A DNA stretch of 63,878 nt, counting the filler, from Reclinomonas americana ATCC 50394 (lineage: Eukaryota): NCBI GenBank assembly GCA_048213135.1. It is 5 parts of 5 records of this genome, joined end to end, with 100 filler letters (N's around TTAATTAATTAA, not from the genome) between each part and the next. Parts side by side here need not be neighbours in the genome. Positions count along the whole stretch, not along the records: positions 1 to 27,670 come from PS015164.1; 4 more parts are not named here. The stretch is one strand, 5' to 3'. The position numbers were made by a program, and so were the translations under genes. The first letter of the stretch is position 1. Each line of letters starts with the position of its first letter. Positions 1-13,906 of this stretch are shown in pieces. The notes under the pieces were generated by a model. That model was not told the DNA's origin. It saw only the letters and a program-made list of their open reading frames with translations, and made no database searches.

Positions 1-6
1 CCGCCG

Positions 7-2730
7 ATGCTGATTACGGAGACGGCCAGTGGCTCGGCGGCGGCAGCTCCGCAGCCGGCGAGCGTGTTTGCCGACATGGCCACGTCGCCGGCACCTGTGA
101 CGCCTGCGGCGCCAAAGCCGCGGGAAAAGTTGCGCGGCAAGACAGGGAAAGAACTGGGAGAGGGGGCAGACAATTGACTCTTGTTTTCTCGTCGTCGTGC
201 AGTTCGCTGACTGTCACCGACAACCGCACCGGTCGCACCTACACCATCCCGCTGATCGACGGGCGCTACCTGGCCGCCATGTGTCTGAACCAGTTGTCGG
301 ACGGTGCTGGCGAGGACGGAGAGGCGCCGCCGGTTGTGCTCTTCGATCCGGGCTACATGAACACTGCCATTGCGCGCTCCAGCATCTCGTACATCGACGG
401 CGACAAGGGCATTCTGCTGTACCGCGGCTACCGCATCGAGGATTTGGTGGAGCACTGCGATTTCATGGAGGTGGCGTTCTTGCTGATCTACGGCAAGCTG
501 CCGACGAGGGACGAGCACGCTTCGTGGAGTGATCGGTGTGTGTGAGAGAGAGAGATGGGAGATCCGTGTTTCACGATGCTTACACTCCACGTATGTGTGT
601 TGCGCAGTGTCACGCGTCACACGTACCTGCACGAGAATCTCGTGCAGCATCTGAAGACCTTCCGCTATGATGGTGCGTGTCGCGTCAGGCTGAGGGCATT
701 GGGAACAGGCATGCAAATGCTGATTGATGTTGTGCGCAGCTCACCCCATGGGCATGCTCATCAGCTCACTGTCCGCCCTGTCGACATTTTACCCCGAGGC
801 CAATCCGGCTTTGCGAGTTGCGTCGCTTCGAANNNNNNNNNNNNNNNNNNNNNNNNNNNNNNNNNNNNNNNNNNNNNNNNNNNNNNNNNNNNNNNNNNNN
901 NNNNNNNNNNNNNNNNNNNNNNNNNNNNNNNNNNNNNNNNNNNNNNNNNNNNNNNNNNNNNNNNNNNNNNNNNNNNNNNNNNNNNNNNNNNNNNNNNNNN
1001 NNNNNNNNNNNNNNNNNNNNNNNNNNNNNNNNNNNNNNNNNNNNNNNNNNNNNNNNNNNNNNNNNNNNNNNNNNNNNNNNNNNNNNNNNNNNNNNNNNNN
1101 NNNNNNNNNNNNNNNNNNNNNNNNNNNNNNNNNNNNNNNNNNNNNNNNNNNNNNNNNNNNNNNNNNNNNNNNNNNNNNNNNNNNNNNNNNNNNNNNNNNN
1201 NGTAGTCTTCTTCTCCTCCCTCCCTCCCTCCCTCCCTTCCTCTCTCTCTCTCCTCCCTTTCTTCTCTCTCTCTCCCTCCCTTTCTTCTCTCTCTCTCTCT
1301 CTCACGGTTATACTGAATTTGCTGTCCCTCACTGCAGGCCGTACAATGAGCCGGCCCCGGGTCTGTCGTACACGGAGAACTTCCTGTACATGCTCGATCG
1401 TCTCAACGAAACCAACTTCCGTTGCAACCCGACGCTCGTGCGGGCGATTGACGTGCGTGTGGGGAATTTGATGTTTGTTAACTCATTCTTCATGGCTGCT
1501 CACTCGCATGTGACGAGCAGAAAATTTTCATCTTGCACGCCGATCACGAAATGAACTGCAGCACGGCCGCCATGCGACACGTGTCGTCGTCGGGAGTTGC
1601 GTTGCCGGCGTTGTGCTTGTAGATGTTCCTGCATAGCAGCTTGTTCTGTGTGGCGGATTGTTGAGCATATGGTCTCTCTTCTCTGGCAAGTGCCTTGTGT
1701 GGTTTATTCTCTCTTTCTCTTTCCTCTCTCTCCTCCCTCCCTCCCTCCCTCCCTTTCGTGTCCTCGCCCAATTTCCTCCTTTCTCACAACATCCGACACA
1801 CGCAGGTGGATCCCTATACTGCTGTGGCATCAGCTGCCGGAGCACTGTACGGCCCCCTGCATGGTGGCGCCAATGAGGTCTGCATTTCTCCCATTTTGCT
1901 CTCCGCATTTCAACGCTGTCTCACCAGCTCCCCCCAACCAGGCGGTGGTTCGCATGTTGCAAGAGATCGACAATGAGGAGGCCATCCCGGCCTTTTTGGA
2001 GGGCGTCAAGGCCAAGAAGCGCCGTCTCATGGGCTTCGGCCACCGCATCTACAAGAGCTACGATCCGCGCGCCAAGATGATGAAGCAGGTGGCGGACGAG
2101 GTGTTCTCCGTCGTCGGCAAGTCCAAGCTCATGCCCATTGCCCGGGCACTCGAGCAGGCAGTTACGTGAAGGTTCAATTCTCCCCTGTGTCGCAAGCTCT
2201 CATGTTGAAGGTGGGCGCAGGCACTCTCGGACGAGTACTTTATCTCGCGCAAACTCTGTTGCGACCTGCTTTCTCCGCTCTATTTCTGTTTGTTCGCCTG
2301 ACGATTCACTTGTTCTCCGCAGATCCCAATGTTGACTTTTACAGTGGCATCATTTTCAACGCCATGGGCTTCCCCACCGACATGTTCCCGGTGCGTTCGC
2401 GCGCCACGCCGACATTTTCGGCCCACGTTCTCATTTCTTCGACATAGGTGCTGTTTTCCATTCCTCGCACCGCCGGCTGGTTGGCGCACTGGGCTGAGGG
2501 CCTTGACGACCCGCAGCTGCGCATCTACCGACCGCGCCAGGTCTCATGTCGATGCGTGATTATTTGTGAAGGATGGTCTCTTGGGCTCACACTTGAGAGT
2601 TTTGCAGATCTACGACGGCGAAATGGATGTGCCTTTTGTTCCGATGGACGAGCGCGACAAGGAGGCCGATGTGTTCCTCGATGCGTACTCGACGGGCTAC
2701 TCGGCTCGTCGCGAGGCTGCGCGCAAGTGA
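7..2730 (+). CDS. Citrate synthase, peroxisomal/glyoxysomal (bacterial GltA-like) type; at least 12 exons, part lost in gap 833-1201; true start may lie upstream
   Basis: Spliced translation gives [77 protein letters not shown] and RIYRPRQ; stop TGA at 2728-2730. Confidence 0.95.
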
Positions 2731-2859
2731 GCCGCGTGCACGAGAGGTGGTGAGGAGTAAAGTCGTGTGGCTGCGGCGAAAACAACATTTGTGCATTCCA
2801 TCTCCTCTCTCGATCCACCCACTTGTTCTATCGCTCTCTCCCTCTCCCTCCATCTCCTC

Positions 2860-4829
<1,970 letters not shown>

Positions 4830-5326
4830 TCACTGTGCTTCGCTGTCTGAGCCGAAAGAGGACTGCAGGCACATCAACTTCGCGATATTGGCCGTCAAGT
4901 AGTGCATGGGTGTGCATGCACGTAGGGCACTTCTCCCGTCTCGTACTCGACGGGAATTATCCGCCCTTTTCCCGCCCCCTTTCGTTGTCGGTTTGCACGT
5001 GACCTGTTTTGCGTTGTCGGAAGTTGAGCGTGACCCGGGCCTGCTCGCTTGCGGCGATCATGACGCGCTGCTGCTGCAGCCGCTGTCGGTCCTCTTTCCT
5101 CTTTCCTCCTCTTCCTCTTGTTCTTCATCACCACGGAAGTATGCTGCGGCGGCCGCTCATGCATTGTTCAATGCATTCGCGTGATCTCGAACAGCCGCGC
5201 AGTTGTCGCGTTGTGTGTTTCGGAACAACATTTCCTCATAAAACCCGATCTGTGTGTGTCTGTGTGTCATCAATCCCATCTCGTCTTTCGAGCCAAGGAA
5301 AACACCCTCTCCTCCCTCTCTCACCC

Positions 5327-6321
5327 ATGAAGCTGACTTCTGCTCTTCTCTTTGCCGCACTCTTGTGCGTGCTTGCTGTCGCTGCTCGTGCCGACGTGCT
5401 GCGTGCGGCTGGCGGCTACTACCCGCCCACCTCTGTCGATGTCGTCTGCTACGGCGGCACTTACATCAAGGTCGTGTCGGCCACCATCCGCGGATGCTCC
5501 CAGGGTGAGTGTGTCTCTCCACCTAGCCGACTGCATCCCTCTCACACTCTTCTTCTCTTCTCCAACCCCACAGCTGACGGCTGCAAGTCCATCGCCACCG
5601 ACGAATGCAACAACGTGAACGATGTGACTCACTACCCGCTGGTGCAAAAGCTGAACGGCGACACGAAAGGCTGGCTGCGCGTGGAGGACTTTGAGGTACG
5701 ATTGCTCTTAGGCGAAAATGGTACTGTCACGGACTCACCTTACCATCTCCCACCACGCAGTACGCCAGCAAGTGGCTGCAGTCGCGTGTGCTGTACTTTG
5801 AGTACCAGTGCGTGAAGAAGATCGTCTACCCGCCGAAGCCGATCCCCAAGCCGAGCCCGATCAAGGTCTACAAGGCGTGCGGTGGCTGGGCGGTCGATCT
5901 CGATTGCCGCTCTGGTGGTGACATTTTCATCGTGTCGGCTGTCGTGCGCGGCGCCGAGACCACTGACGGCTGCTACGGAAACACGGCATCGAAGGGCCTG
6001 TGCGCCACCATCAAGAACTACACGGTTGAGTCACATCTGTACCGACTCTTCCGCCCTTCCCTGCCATACCTCACCTCATTTTTCCCCAACTCTTGCGCGC
6101 AGCATGAGGTCGGCTACTCATGCAACGGCAAGAACCAGTGCTGGAGCCGCGTGGAGGATCTGGAGGGCTCGCCGTTCTCTGGCTACTTTGCCAAGTGCTG
6201 GAACCACCAGACCAGCTCGGGTGCGCTCGGCAACGGCACCGGCAACGTCGGCTTCCGTGTGCTGGAGATCACCTACAAGTGCGTCGACTTCGACTACTAC
6301 CACGACGACGTCGTCTACTAA
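5327..6321 (+). CDS. Secreted protein with two tandem SUEL/Gal_lectin (rhamnose-binding lectin)-like domains, 4 exons
   Basis: Signal peptide MKLTSALLFAALLCVLAVAARA. Two units of C...I.V.SA..RG...C...Y.C separated by a PKPIPKPSP linker; second unit has SCNGKNQC and RVLEITYKC. Confidence 0.7.
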
Positions 6322-6529
6322 GGAGCCGGCTGTCTGTCGAAAATGTCACGGCGCGAGCCAACAGAGTCGTGCGCCCCCACCGGTGCACACACGAGTGCGG
6401 TGTTTGCGTGTCAGTGAAAACAGCTGTGATACGGCACAACGGTACCCGTCCCTACCACACACGAACATACTCGTACACCATCTGCGCACAACCTGTACTA
6501 CAATATGCCTGCACCGCGTACGCGGGCAC

Positions 6530-7774
6530 TCAGTCTGATTGGAAGAGGCGCGCAGCCGCCATCTCCACATCACCGTTCGTCTCTTGCAGTGCTGAAATGG
6601 CGTCCTCGCGAGAGAATCCCATGTCCATCAGCGTGGCGACAAACTCCTCTCTCGGTGGCTGTGCGCCAAGGTGTGACACACACGCGTGTGGATAGCGGTG
6701 GGCAGGGAATGTGCACGCAACTTGTGCCACTGGCGGCGATCGTAGTGGGGGTGGTGGTAGTGGTGGGGCGGCACGGAGAAAGTTGCCGTCGAGCTGCCGA
6801 GTGAAACGATCGCGTGAGGATGAGAAATGGGGGCAAGGAATGGGAATAATGAAGCTCACCATGCCGGGACCGACCGCCACCACCGCAGGTCTTTGCACAG
6901 ATGACGGTGATCGCTGTTGGAGACACATGTTGTAAGCAGGTCGACAAGGTTAGTTGCCCCTGCGTTCCACACTCACCATCTCCGACGGTACGCGCAATGC
7001 ATGGCCTTCAACCGGTGCGGGAAACGCGGGTACTCCGCCAGACACTGCATGATGGGCACAGTGGCATGAGGACGGAGTCAGCGTTCGTCTCACGCATATC
7101 CTCTCTATTTCTCTCCTCACCAACTAGACTGCCACCCGCCTCCGCCGGACCTGCAGGGCTGGCGAGCCACTGCCCGAGGCACTTGTGACAGCACGTGGCA
7201 AGACACGAAGGGAAGCGAAATCGATCGAAGGGAATGAGGCCGGAAAAGTAGATCACGGCGGCCATCACACCCACGGCGCTGGCGAGGAGACTGGACCACA
7301 GGGCGGCGCAAGAGAGCTGCGAGGAGGAAGAGGAGGGCGAAGATTGAGAAGGAGGGGAGGGAGAATTGAAGAGAGGAGGCGAAGATGTGCAGCAGAGGGA
7401 CAAGAATAAACAACAATAGACTGTGACCAAAGAAGGGGAGAAGCGAAAGAAGAGGAGAACCGACCCAGAAACTCAGACACGTGCGACGCCCACTCACCTG
7501 GAGCGCCAGCAGATAAATGAACGACTTGTCGGAGAGTGACACGCCAAGCACGGTGAACGGGTGCATGCGCGGCACATATCTCGCATACGGCACGATGAAG
7601 GCGAAGATCAAGCAGTAACTGTCGACAACAACTTCAGCGACAGCACCAGAACATGTCAACAACACACGCAAGACGCAACGGCCCTATTGTGGCTACGGCC
7701 TTAGTCGACCTGAAAATGGCCCAGAGCGCCAGCTCCAAGAGAATCACAAACAGGTGAATGACGAAGATAAAGGC
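6530..7774 (-). CDS. Rhomboid-like pseudoprotease with C-terminal UBA domain (UBAC2/Dsc2/RBL-like); 5' part missing at gap
   Basis: GPYCLIFAFIVPYARYVPRMHPFTVLGVSLSDKSFIYLLALQL and UBA EEFVATLMDMGFSREDAISALQETNGDVEMAAARL*. Confidence 0.85.
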
Positions 7775-7838
7775 CTGCGTGCGCGACAACGTAAGGATTG
7801 ACATGGATCNNNNNNNNNNNNNNNNNNNNCGCTGCTCG

Positions 7839-7901
<63 letters not shown>

Positions 7902-8370
7902 CTCACACGCGAGAGACGAGAGTGCGTGCGTGTACGCGTGTGCGCCGGAGACAATCGCACTCGCGCCGAGATTGGTCGTGCTCGGGAGAGTGACCACGTG
8001 CACAGCGTTATCCTGCCAGCAAGATTCATCAGATCACCGATGGCGATGATCGCAGGGTCGACACTGACAGCGGCGTAGTCACGCATATGCGCACCTAGCA
8101 TGGCACTATGGATGTTGATGGAGTTTGGCGCACATAACGATGTTTGCCGTCTCAGTCGACCTTGCCACTTGTGGGCCCATTACATTGACAGGTTCTCTCT
8201 TGCATCACCATTACGTATGATCACGCCTCGTATGCGCACTCTGCAGTGCGCTGACTGAGACCTTAGTCATCAGAGCACGTCCTGCAACTGCAAGTGGCCG
8301 GTCAGGAAACAGTGCGACGAAACCGCTGATACAGCTGATCATGATGATTCACTTTGTTCCACTCAGAGAT

Positions 8371-8446
<76 letters not shown>

Positions 8447-9457
8447 CGCGCCGCGCGACNNNNNNNNNNNNNNNNNNNNNNNNNNNNNNNNNNNNNNNNN
8501 NNNNNNNNNNNNNNNNNNNNNNNNNNNNNNNNNNNNNNNNNNNNNNNNNNNNNNNNNNNNNNNNNNNNNNNNNNNNNNNNNNNNNNNNNNNNNNNNNNNN
8601 NNNNNNNNNNNNNNNNNNNNNNNNNNNNNNNNNNNNNNNNNNNNNNNNNNNNNNNNNNNNNNNNNNNNNNNNNNNNNNNNNNNNNNNNNNNNNNNNNNNN
8701 NNNNNNNNNNNNNNNNNNNNNNNNNNNNNNNNNNNNNNNNNNNNNNNNNNNNNNNNNNNNNNNNNNNNNNNNNNNNNNNNNNNNNNNNNNNNNNNNNNNN
8801 NNNNNNNNNNNNNNNNNNNNNNNNNNNNNNNNNNNNNNNNNNNNNNNNNNNNNNNNNNNNNNNNNNNNNNNNNNNNNNNNNNNNNNNNNNNNNNNNNNNN
8901 NNNNNNNNNNNNNNNNNNNNNNNNNNNNNNNNNNNNNNNNNNNNNNNNNNNNNNNNNNNNNNNNNNNNNNNNNNNNNNNNNNNNNNNNNNNNNNNNNNNN
9001 NNNNNNNNNNNNNNNNNNNNNNNNNNNNNNNNNNNNNNNNNNNNNNNNNNNNNNNNNNNNNNNNNNNNNNNNNNNNNNNNNNNNNNNNNNNNNNNNNNNN
9101 NNNNNNNNNNNNNNNNNNNNNNNNNNNNNNNNNNNNNNNNNNNNNNNNNNNNNNNNNNNNNNNNNNNNNNNNNNNNNNNNNNNNNNNNNNNNNNNNNNNN
9201 NNNNNNNNNNNNNNNNNNNNNNNNNNNNNNNNNNNNNNNNNNNNNNNNNNNNNNNNNNNNNNNNNNNNNNNNNNNNNNNNNNNNNNNNNNNNNNNNNNNN
9301 NNNNNNNNNNNNNNNNNNNNNNNNNNNNNNNNNNNNNNNNNNNNNNNNNNNNNNNNNNNNNNNNNNNNNNNNNNNNNNNNNNNNNNNNNNNNNNNNNNNN
9401 NNNNNNNNNNNNNNNNNNNNNNNNNNNNNNNNNNNNNNNNNNNNNNNNNNNNNNNNA

Positions 9458-9536
<79 letters not shown>

Positions 9537-9572
9537 GCCGCGCGCCAAAGACTCTGTTGGTGTGATTTGTAC

Positions 9573-10684
9573 TCAAAAAATCGGCGAGCGAAAGAAAATG
9601 ACTCCCGCGTCCTCGCCGATGAAGCAGCGCAGAACAATCTCCACGAGGCACCGCCGGTCACCGTCCGCGTCGGGTGGCAGCTGGATCTCCAGTACGGCGT
9701 CGTGGGCATTCTGGGCAGCTTGCAGCTCGGCATCGGCGAAGCCGCATGTGGTGGGCCACACTCGTTCAGTCTTGTCATTACTGCCACTCACAATGCGCTG
9801 GCCATCGGCTGTCACGGCCACTGCATTCACCCCCCTAGTGTGGCCTTCCAGTCGGCGCACCTCCTCGCCACTTGTCAGCGACCACACTCGTACACTGCAG
9901 TCCCCACTGCCACTCACGATGTGCTGGCCATCGGGTGTCACTGCCACTGCATTCACCCAATCCGTATGACCTTCCAGTCGGCGAACCTCCTCGCCACTTG
10001 CCAGTGACCACACCCGTACAGTCTTGTCCCAACTGCCGCTCACAATGTGCTGGCAATCGGGAGTCACTGCCACTGCCTGCACCTCACTCCTGTGGCCTTT
10101 CAGTCGGCGCACCTCCTCGCCACTTGCCAGCGACCACACTCGTACAGTCTTGTCATGGCTGCCACTCAGAATGTGCTGGCCATCGGGTGTCATAGCCAAC
10201 GTCCATACCCCTTTCGTGTGGCCTTCCAATCGGCGCACCTCCTCGCCACTTGCCAGTGACCACACCCGTACAGTCGTGTCATAACTGCCACTCACAATGT
10301 GCTGGCCATCGGGTGTCACTACTACTGCAAACACCGCACTCGTGTGGCCTTTCAGTCGGCGCACCTCCTCGCCACTCGCCAGTGACCACACTCGGACAGT
10401 CTTGTCATAACTGCCACTTACAATGTGCTGGCCATCGGGTGTCACGGCCACTGCAAACACTACACTCGTGTGGCCTTTCAGTCGGCGCACCTCCTCGCCA
10501 CTTGCCAGTGACCACACTCGGACAGTCTTGTCATGACAGCCACTCACAACGTGCTGGCCATTGTGTGTCACGGCCACTGCAAGTACCCATCCCGTGTGAC
10601 CTTGCAGTACCTGCACGAACTTCTGCCATCAACCACTGTGCACACTGTAGACAATAAACGCTGCCCGCTCACCTTGCCAGTCAT
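9573..10684 (-). CDS. WD40 protein A: 7 highly similar 42-aa repeats plus a ~55-aa C-terminal tail; one 5' intron; start uncertain
   Basis: ORF 9573-10616 with repeated GH....V.AVAVTPDGQHIVSGS.D.TVRVWSLASGEEVRRL; exon 1 MTGK joined via a GTGAG...CAG intron. Confidence 0.9.
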
Positions 10685-11219
10685 TGCGTGCATGTGAAGC
10701 CGTCCTGCGCGGACACGCAAACGTCGGTGTCTTCGGCAGAGAGTGGCATTCTCTTGGCGTCGCTCAGCGCCTGTACTCGCTTCCTCCTCTCGCACCTCAC
10801 GCAATGGCGTGCATGATTGCATCTATCGGTCGGTCTCCTCCATGGTGTCCCACAAGTTGGCAGAACCCGGGCTTCTGATCGATGCTGCAACAATTGCACG
10901 TGTACAAACGGTACCCGATCTGCGCCTTGGCCTCTCGGATGATGGTGAGAAGCGACTGCTGCATTGCAAGCACGAGGAGACCAAGACGGAGAGTGCTCCT
11001 TCTGTAAACCGTACACACGCGCACACATGCATGTCCGCTTTTGCGCGGCGGTAACGCGGAAAGTGTGCGAAAAGTGTGCGAAAGTGAGTGCAACCACGAA
11101 AGCGAAAGCACACCACGAGCAAGCTTCCCAAAGCCCACGCACACACAGAACCACCACGTCAAACACGCCACTCGCCACCAAAGTCACCACGAATTTTCCT
11201 CCTCACTCCTCACTCACAA

Positions 11220-13712
11220 ATGGCCGATCGCCGCGGAGGTCGCCGCGACTACGGCTCCGCAGTGCGACCCAACAGCGGCAGCGGGCCTCTCATGCTGCGT
11301 CGTGCCAACCCCGGCGACGAGGAGAACGATCTCGAGCAGCAAGCGCAGCAGCAGGCGCCTCTCGGAGATGACGAGCAGCGACTGTTGCGCGGAGCTGCTG
11401 GTGTCGACGATGACGATGATGATGATGATGATGATGGAGGTGGTGTGGGTGGAGGAGGTGATGATGATGATGATGAGGACGATGAGGCGACGGAGAAGAT
11501 TCTGGATGGGGATGCGGATAAGGAGGATCGCGCGTTGATGAGGTGTGTGTGAGAGAGGGAGTGTGTGAGAGTGTGTGTGTGTGTGTGTGTGTTTGTGTGA
11601 CGAGAGCAGCTTGTGCGTAGATGGTCGGTGAAATGCATTGTCTCTTCTTTGTGCGCACACACGCGCTGTTGTGAGCGCGTGTGTGTGGATATGCGTGTGT
11701 GTGTTATGAGAGGGGTGGGAATCGTGTGCTGGTCGCATGCATGCAATGTGTTTGTGTGTGTGTGCCCTCGCACTCACGATTCTCTGCTCTCTTGCAGTCA
11801 AAACCCGTTCGTGGTGCAAAAGGAAAAGCAACGGTTTCGCTCCATCCGCCTCATGTACCTCACCACCTTTCTCTCCTCGACCGGTGCGTTGATTGCTCAG
11901 TCGCCCCTCGCTCTTCTCCCTCTCTCACATCTCTCTATCTTTTCTCCAGGCTTCTCCATGGTGCTGCCGACGTTGTGGCCGTACCTCGAGAAGCAGGGCG
12001 GCACCAAGTCGTTCCTCGGCTACGTGGTGGCCAGCTACAGTCTCGGGCAGCTGATTGGCAGTGTGATTTTCGGCACGTGGTCCAATCACGTGCGGCGGAT
12101 GATCCCGCTCTGCATCTCCACCGCCATCACCGTCGTCGGCAACGTGCTCTACTGCTTCACGGGCCAGTTCCCGTTCTCGCACTCGTGGAGTTTGTTCGCT
12201 TCGCGGCTCATTGTTGGCCTCGGTGCCGGCAACGTGGCCGTGGCGCGCGCATACGTCGCGTCGGCCACCACGCTGAAGGAGCGCACAGGCTCCATGGCGT
12301 TCATGAGCGCGGCGCAGGGTCTCGGTTTCATTCTGGGGCCAGGTGAGGACGAACAGTGAGAGCGTGTGTTGTGCGTGACGCGTCGACCTCACTCTGTGTC
12401 GCGAGCGCAGCCATTGGTGCCGCATTCTCACCGCTCTCCAGCGGCGCCAACTTTGGTCCGTTCGAGTTCGACTACCTCACGGCGCCGGGCTACTTTTCGG
12501 CCGTCTGCGAAGCCTTCAACCTCGTTCTGCTCATGTTGTTCTTCAGCGAGCACAAGGTGCACGATGCCGAGGATGCCAGCGAGGCTGACGCTTTGTTGGC
12601 GGCACCGCAGACAGGTGGGTTGAGGTGGCGGAGGACTCTTTTTTCTTCCACCTCTTTCTTCCTGCGCTTACCTCCTTCCCTCTGTCTCCATCACCTGCAG
12701 GTGGTACCAAGCACGCCGGTCGCAAGGGTGCCATCAACACCGGGGGCGACGCCGACTACGAGTCCAACTCGGACGATGAGCGCTCCGAGGCCGTCAGTGT
12801 CATTCTGGACCCGTCGAGTTTGCACCGCTCTGTCACCAGCAGCATGCGTGAGCGCCTGCGACGCGAGGCCTCTGGCTTACCGATTACGCCTGTCGACCGA
12901 CTCGGTGTTTCGGTGACCATTATCAACTTTTTCAGCGTCATTTTCGTGTTTGCCATCTTTGAGACGTTGCGTCACGTTTGCCACGCGTCGTCCCTCTTCT
13001 TCCACTGCCTTCTCTCACTCTTTCGCGCAGTATTCTCACTCCGCTCACCATGGACGAGTACGATTGGACGAAGCAGCAGGCAGACCTGTACTGCGGCATC
13101 CTGCTCGGTGCTGTGGGCCTCATCGCCGTGTTTGTGTTCATGTCGGTCAAGATGGTGGCCAAGTGGGCCGGCGAGCGCCAGCTCATGCTTGCTNNNNNNN
13201 NNNNNNNNNNNNNNNNNNNNNNNNNNNNNNNNNNNNNNNNNNNNNNNNNNNNNNNNNNNNNNNNNNNNNNNNNNNNNNNNNNNNNNNNNNNNNNNNNNNN
13301 NNNNNNNNNNNNNNNNNNNNNNNNNNNNNNNNNNNNNNNNNNNNNNNNNNNNNNNNNNNNNNNNNNNNNNNNNNNNNNNNNNNNNNNNNNNNNNNNNNNN
13401 NNNNNNNNNNNNNNNNNNNNNNNNNNNNNNNNNNNNNNNNNNNNNNNNNNNNNNNNNNNNNNNNNNNNNNNNNNNNNNNNNNNNNNNNNNNNNNNNNNNN
13501 NNNNNNNNNNNNNNNNNNNNNNNNNNNNNNNNNNNNNNNNNNNNNNNNNNNNNNNNNNNNNNNNNNNNNNNNNNNNNNNNNNNNNNNNNNNNNNNNNNNN
13601 NNNNNNNNNNNNNNNNNNNNNNNNNNNNNNNNNNNNNNNNNNNNNNNNNNNNNNCACGGCTGTCAACAGCGGCGCCACGGCAAGCAACGGCAATAGCAGG
13701 TCACGGTTGTGA
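11220..13712 (+). CDS. MFSD8: MFS transporter, MFSD8/CLN7-like; 3' part in gap 13194-13654, end uncertain
   Basis: [78 protein letters not shown]; N-terminal acidic dileucine DEQRLL. Confidence 0.9.
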
Positions 13713-13906
13713 GAGGTGCTTGTCTGCACGTTGTGCTCTCTCTTTCTCTTTATATTTTGGTCTGTTTTGGCAATGCATGAACGCGTGAATACTGATTGTT
13801 GAATGAGCGCCAGACTGTTGAATAACTTTAATAGACTGGCGGTGAAAGCGAGTGCAGCCGTCTGAGACGTTGGAGGGAAATACACACAAAGTGAGTGAGT
13901 GGCTCA

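Noticed and set aside
7831-8370. Possible 5' exons of the UBAC2-like gene
   Set aside because: No frame resembles the rhomboid-like N-terminus; the small contig between (CA)n-flanked gaps may be misplaced.
8341-9969. Very long ORFs in the track (also 33882-36235, 52558-54046, 54556-57606)
   Set aside because: Their length comes from N runs and dinucleotide microsatellites that lack stop codons.
13655-13712. C-terminal SRL as a peroxisomal targeting signal on MFSD8
   Set aside because: The reading frame after the gap is unverified, and PTS1 is not expected on a polytopic lysosomal transporter.
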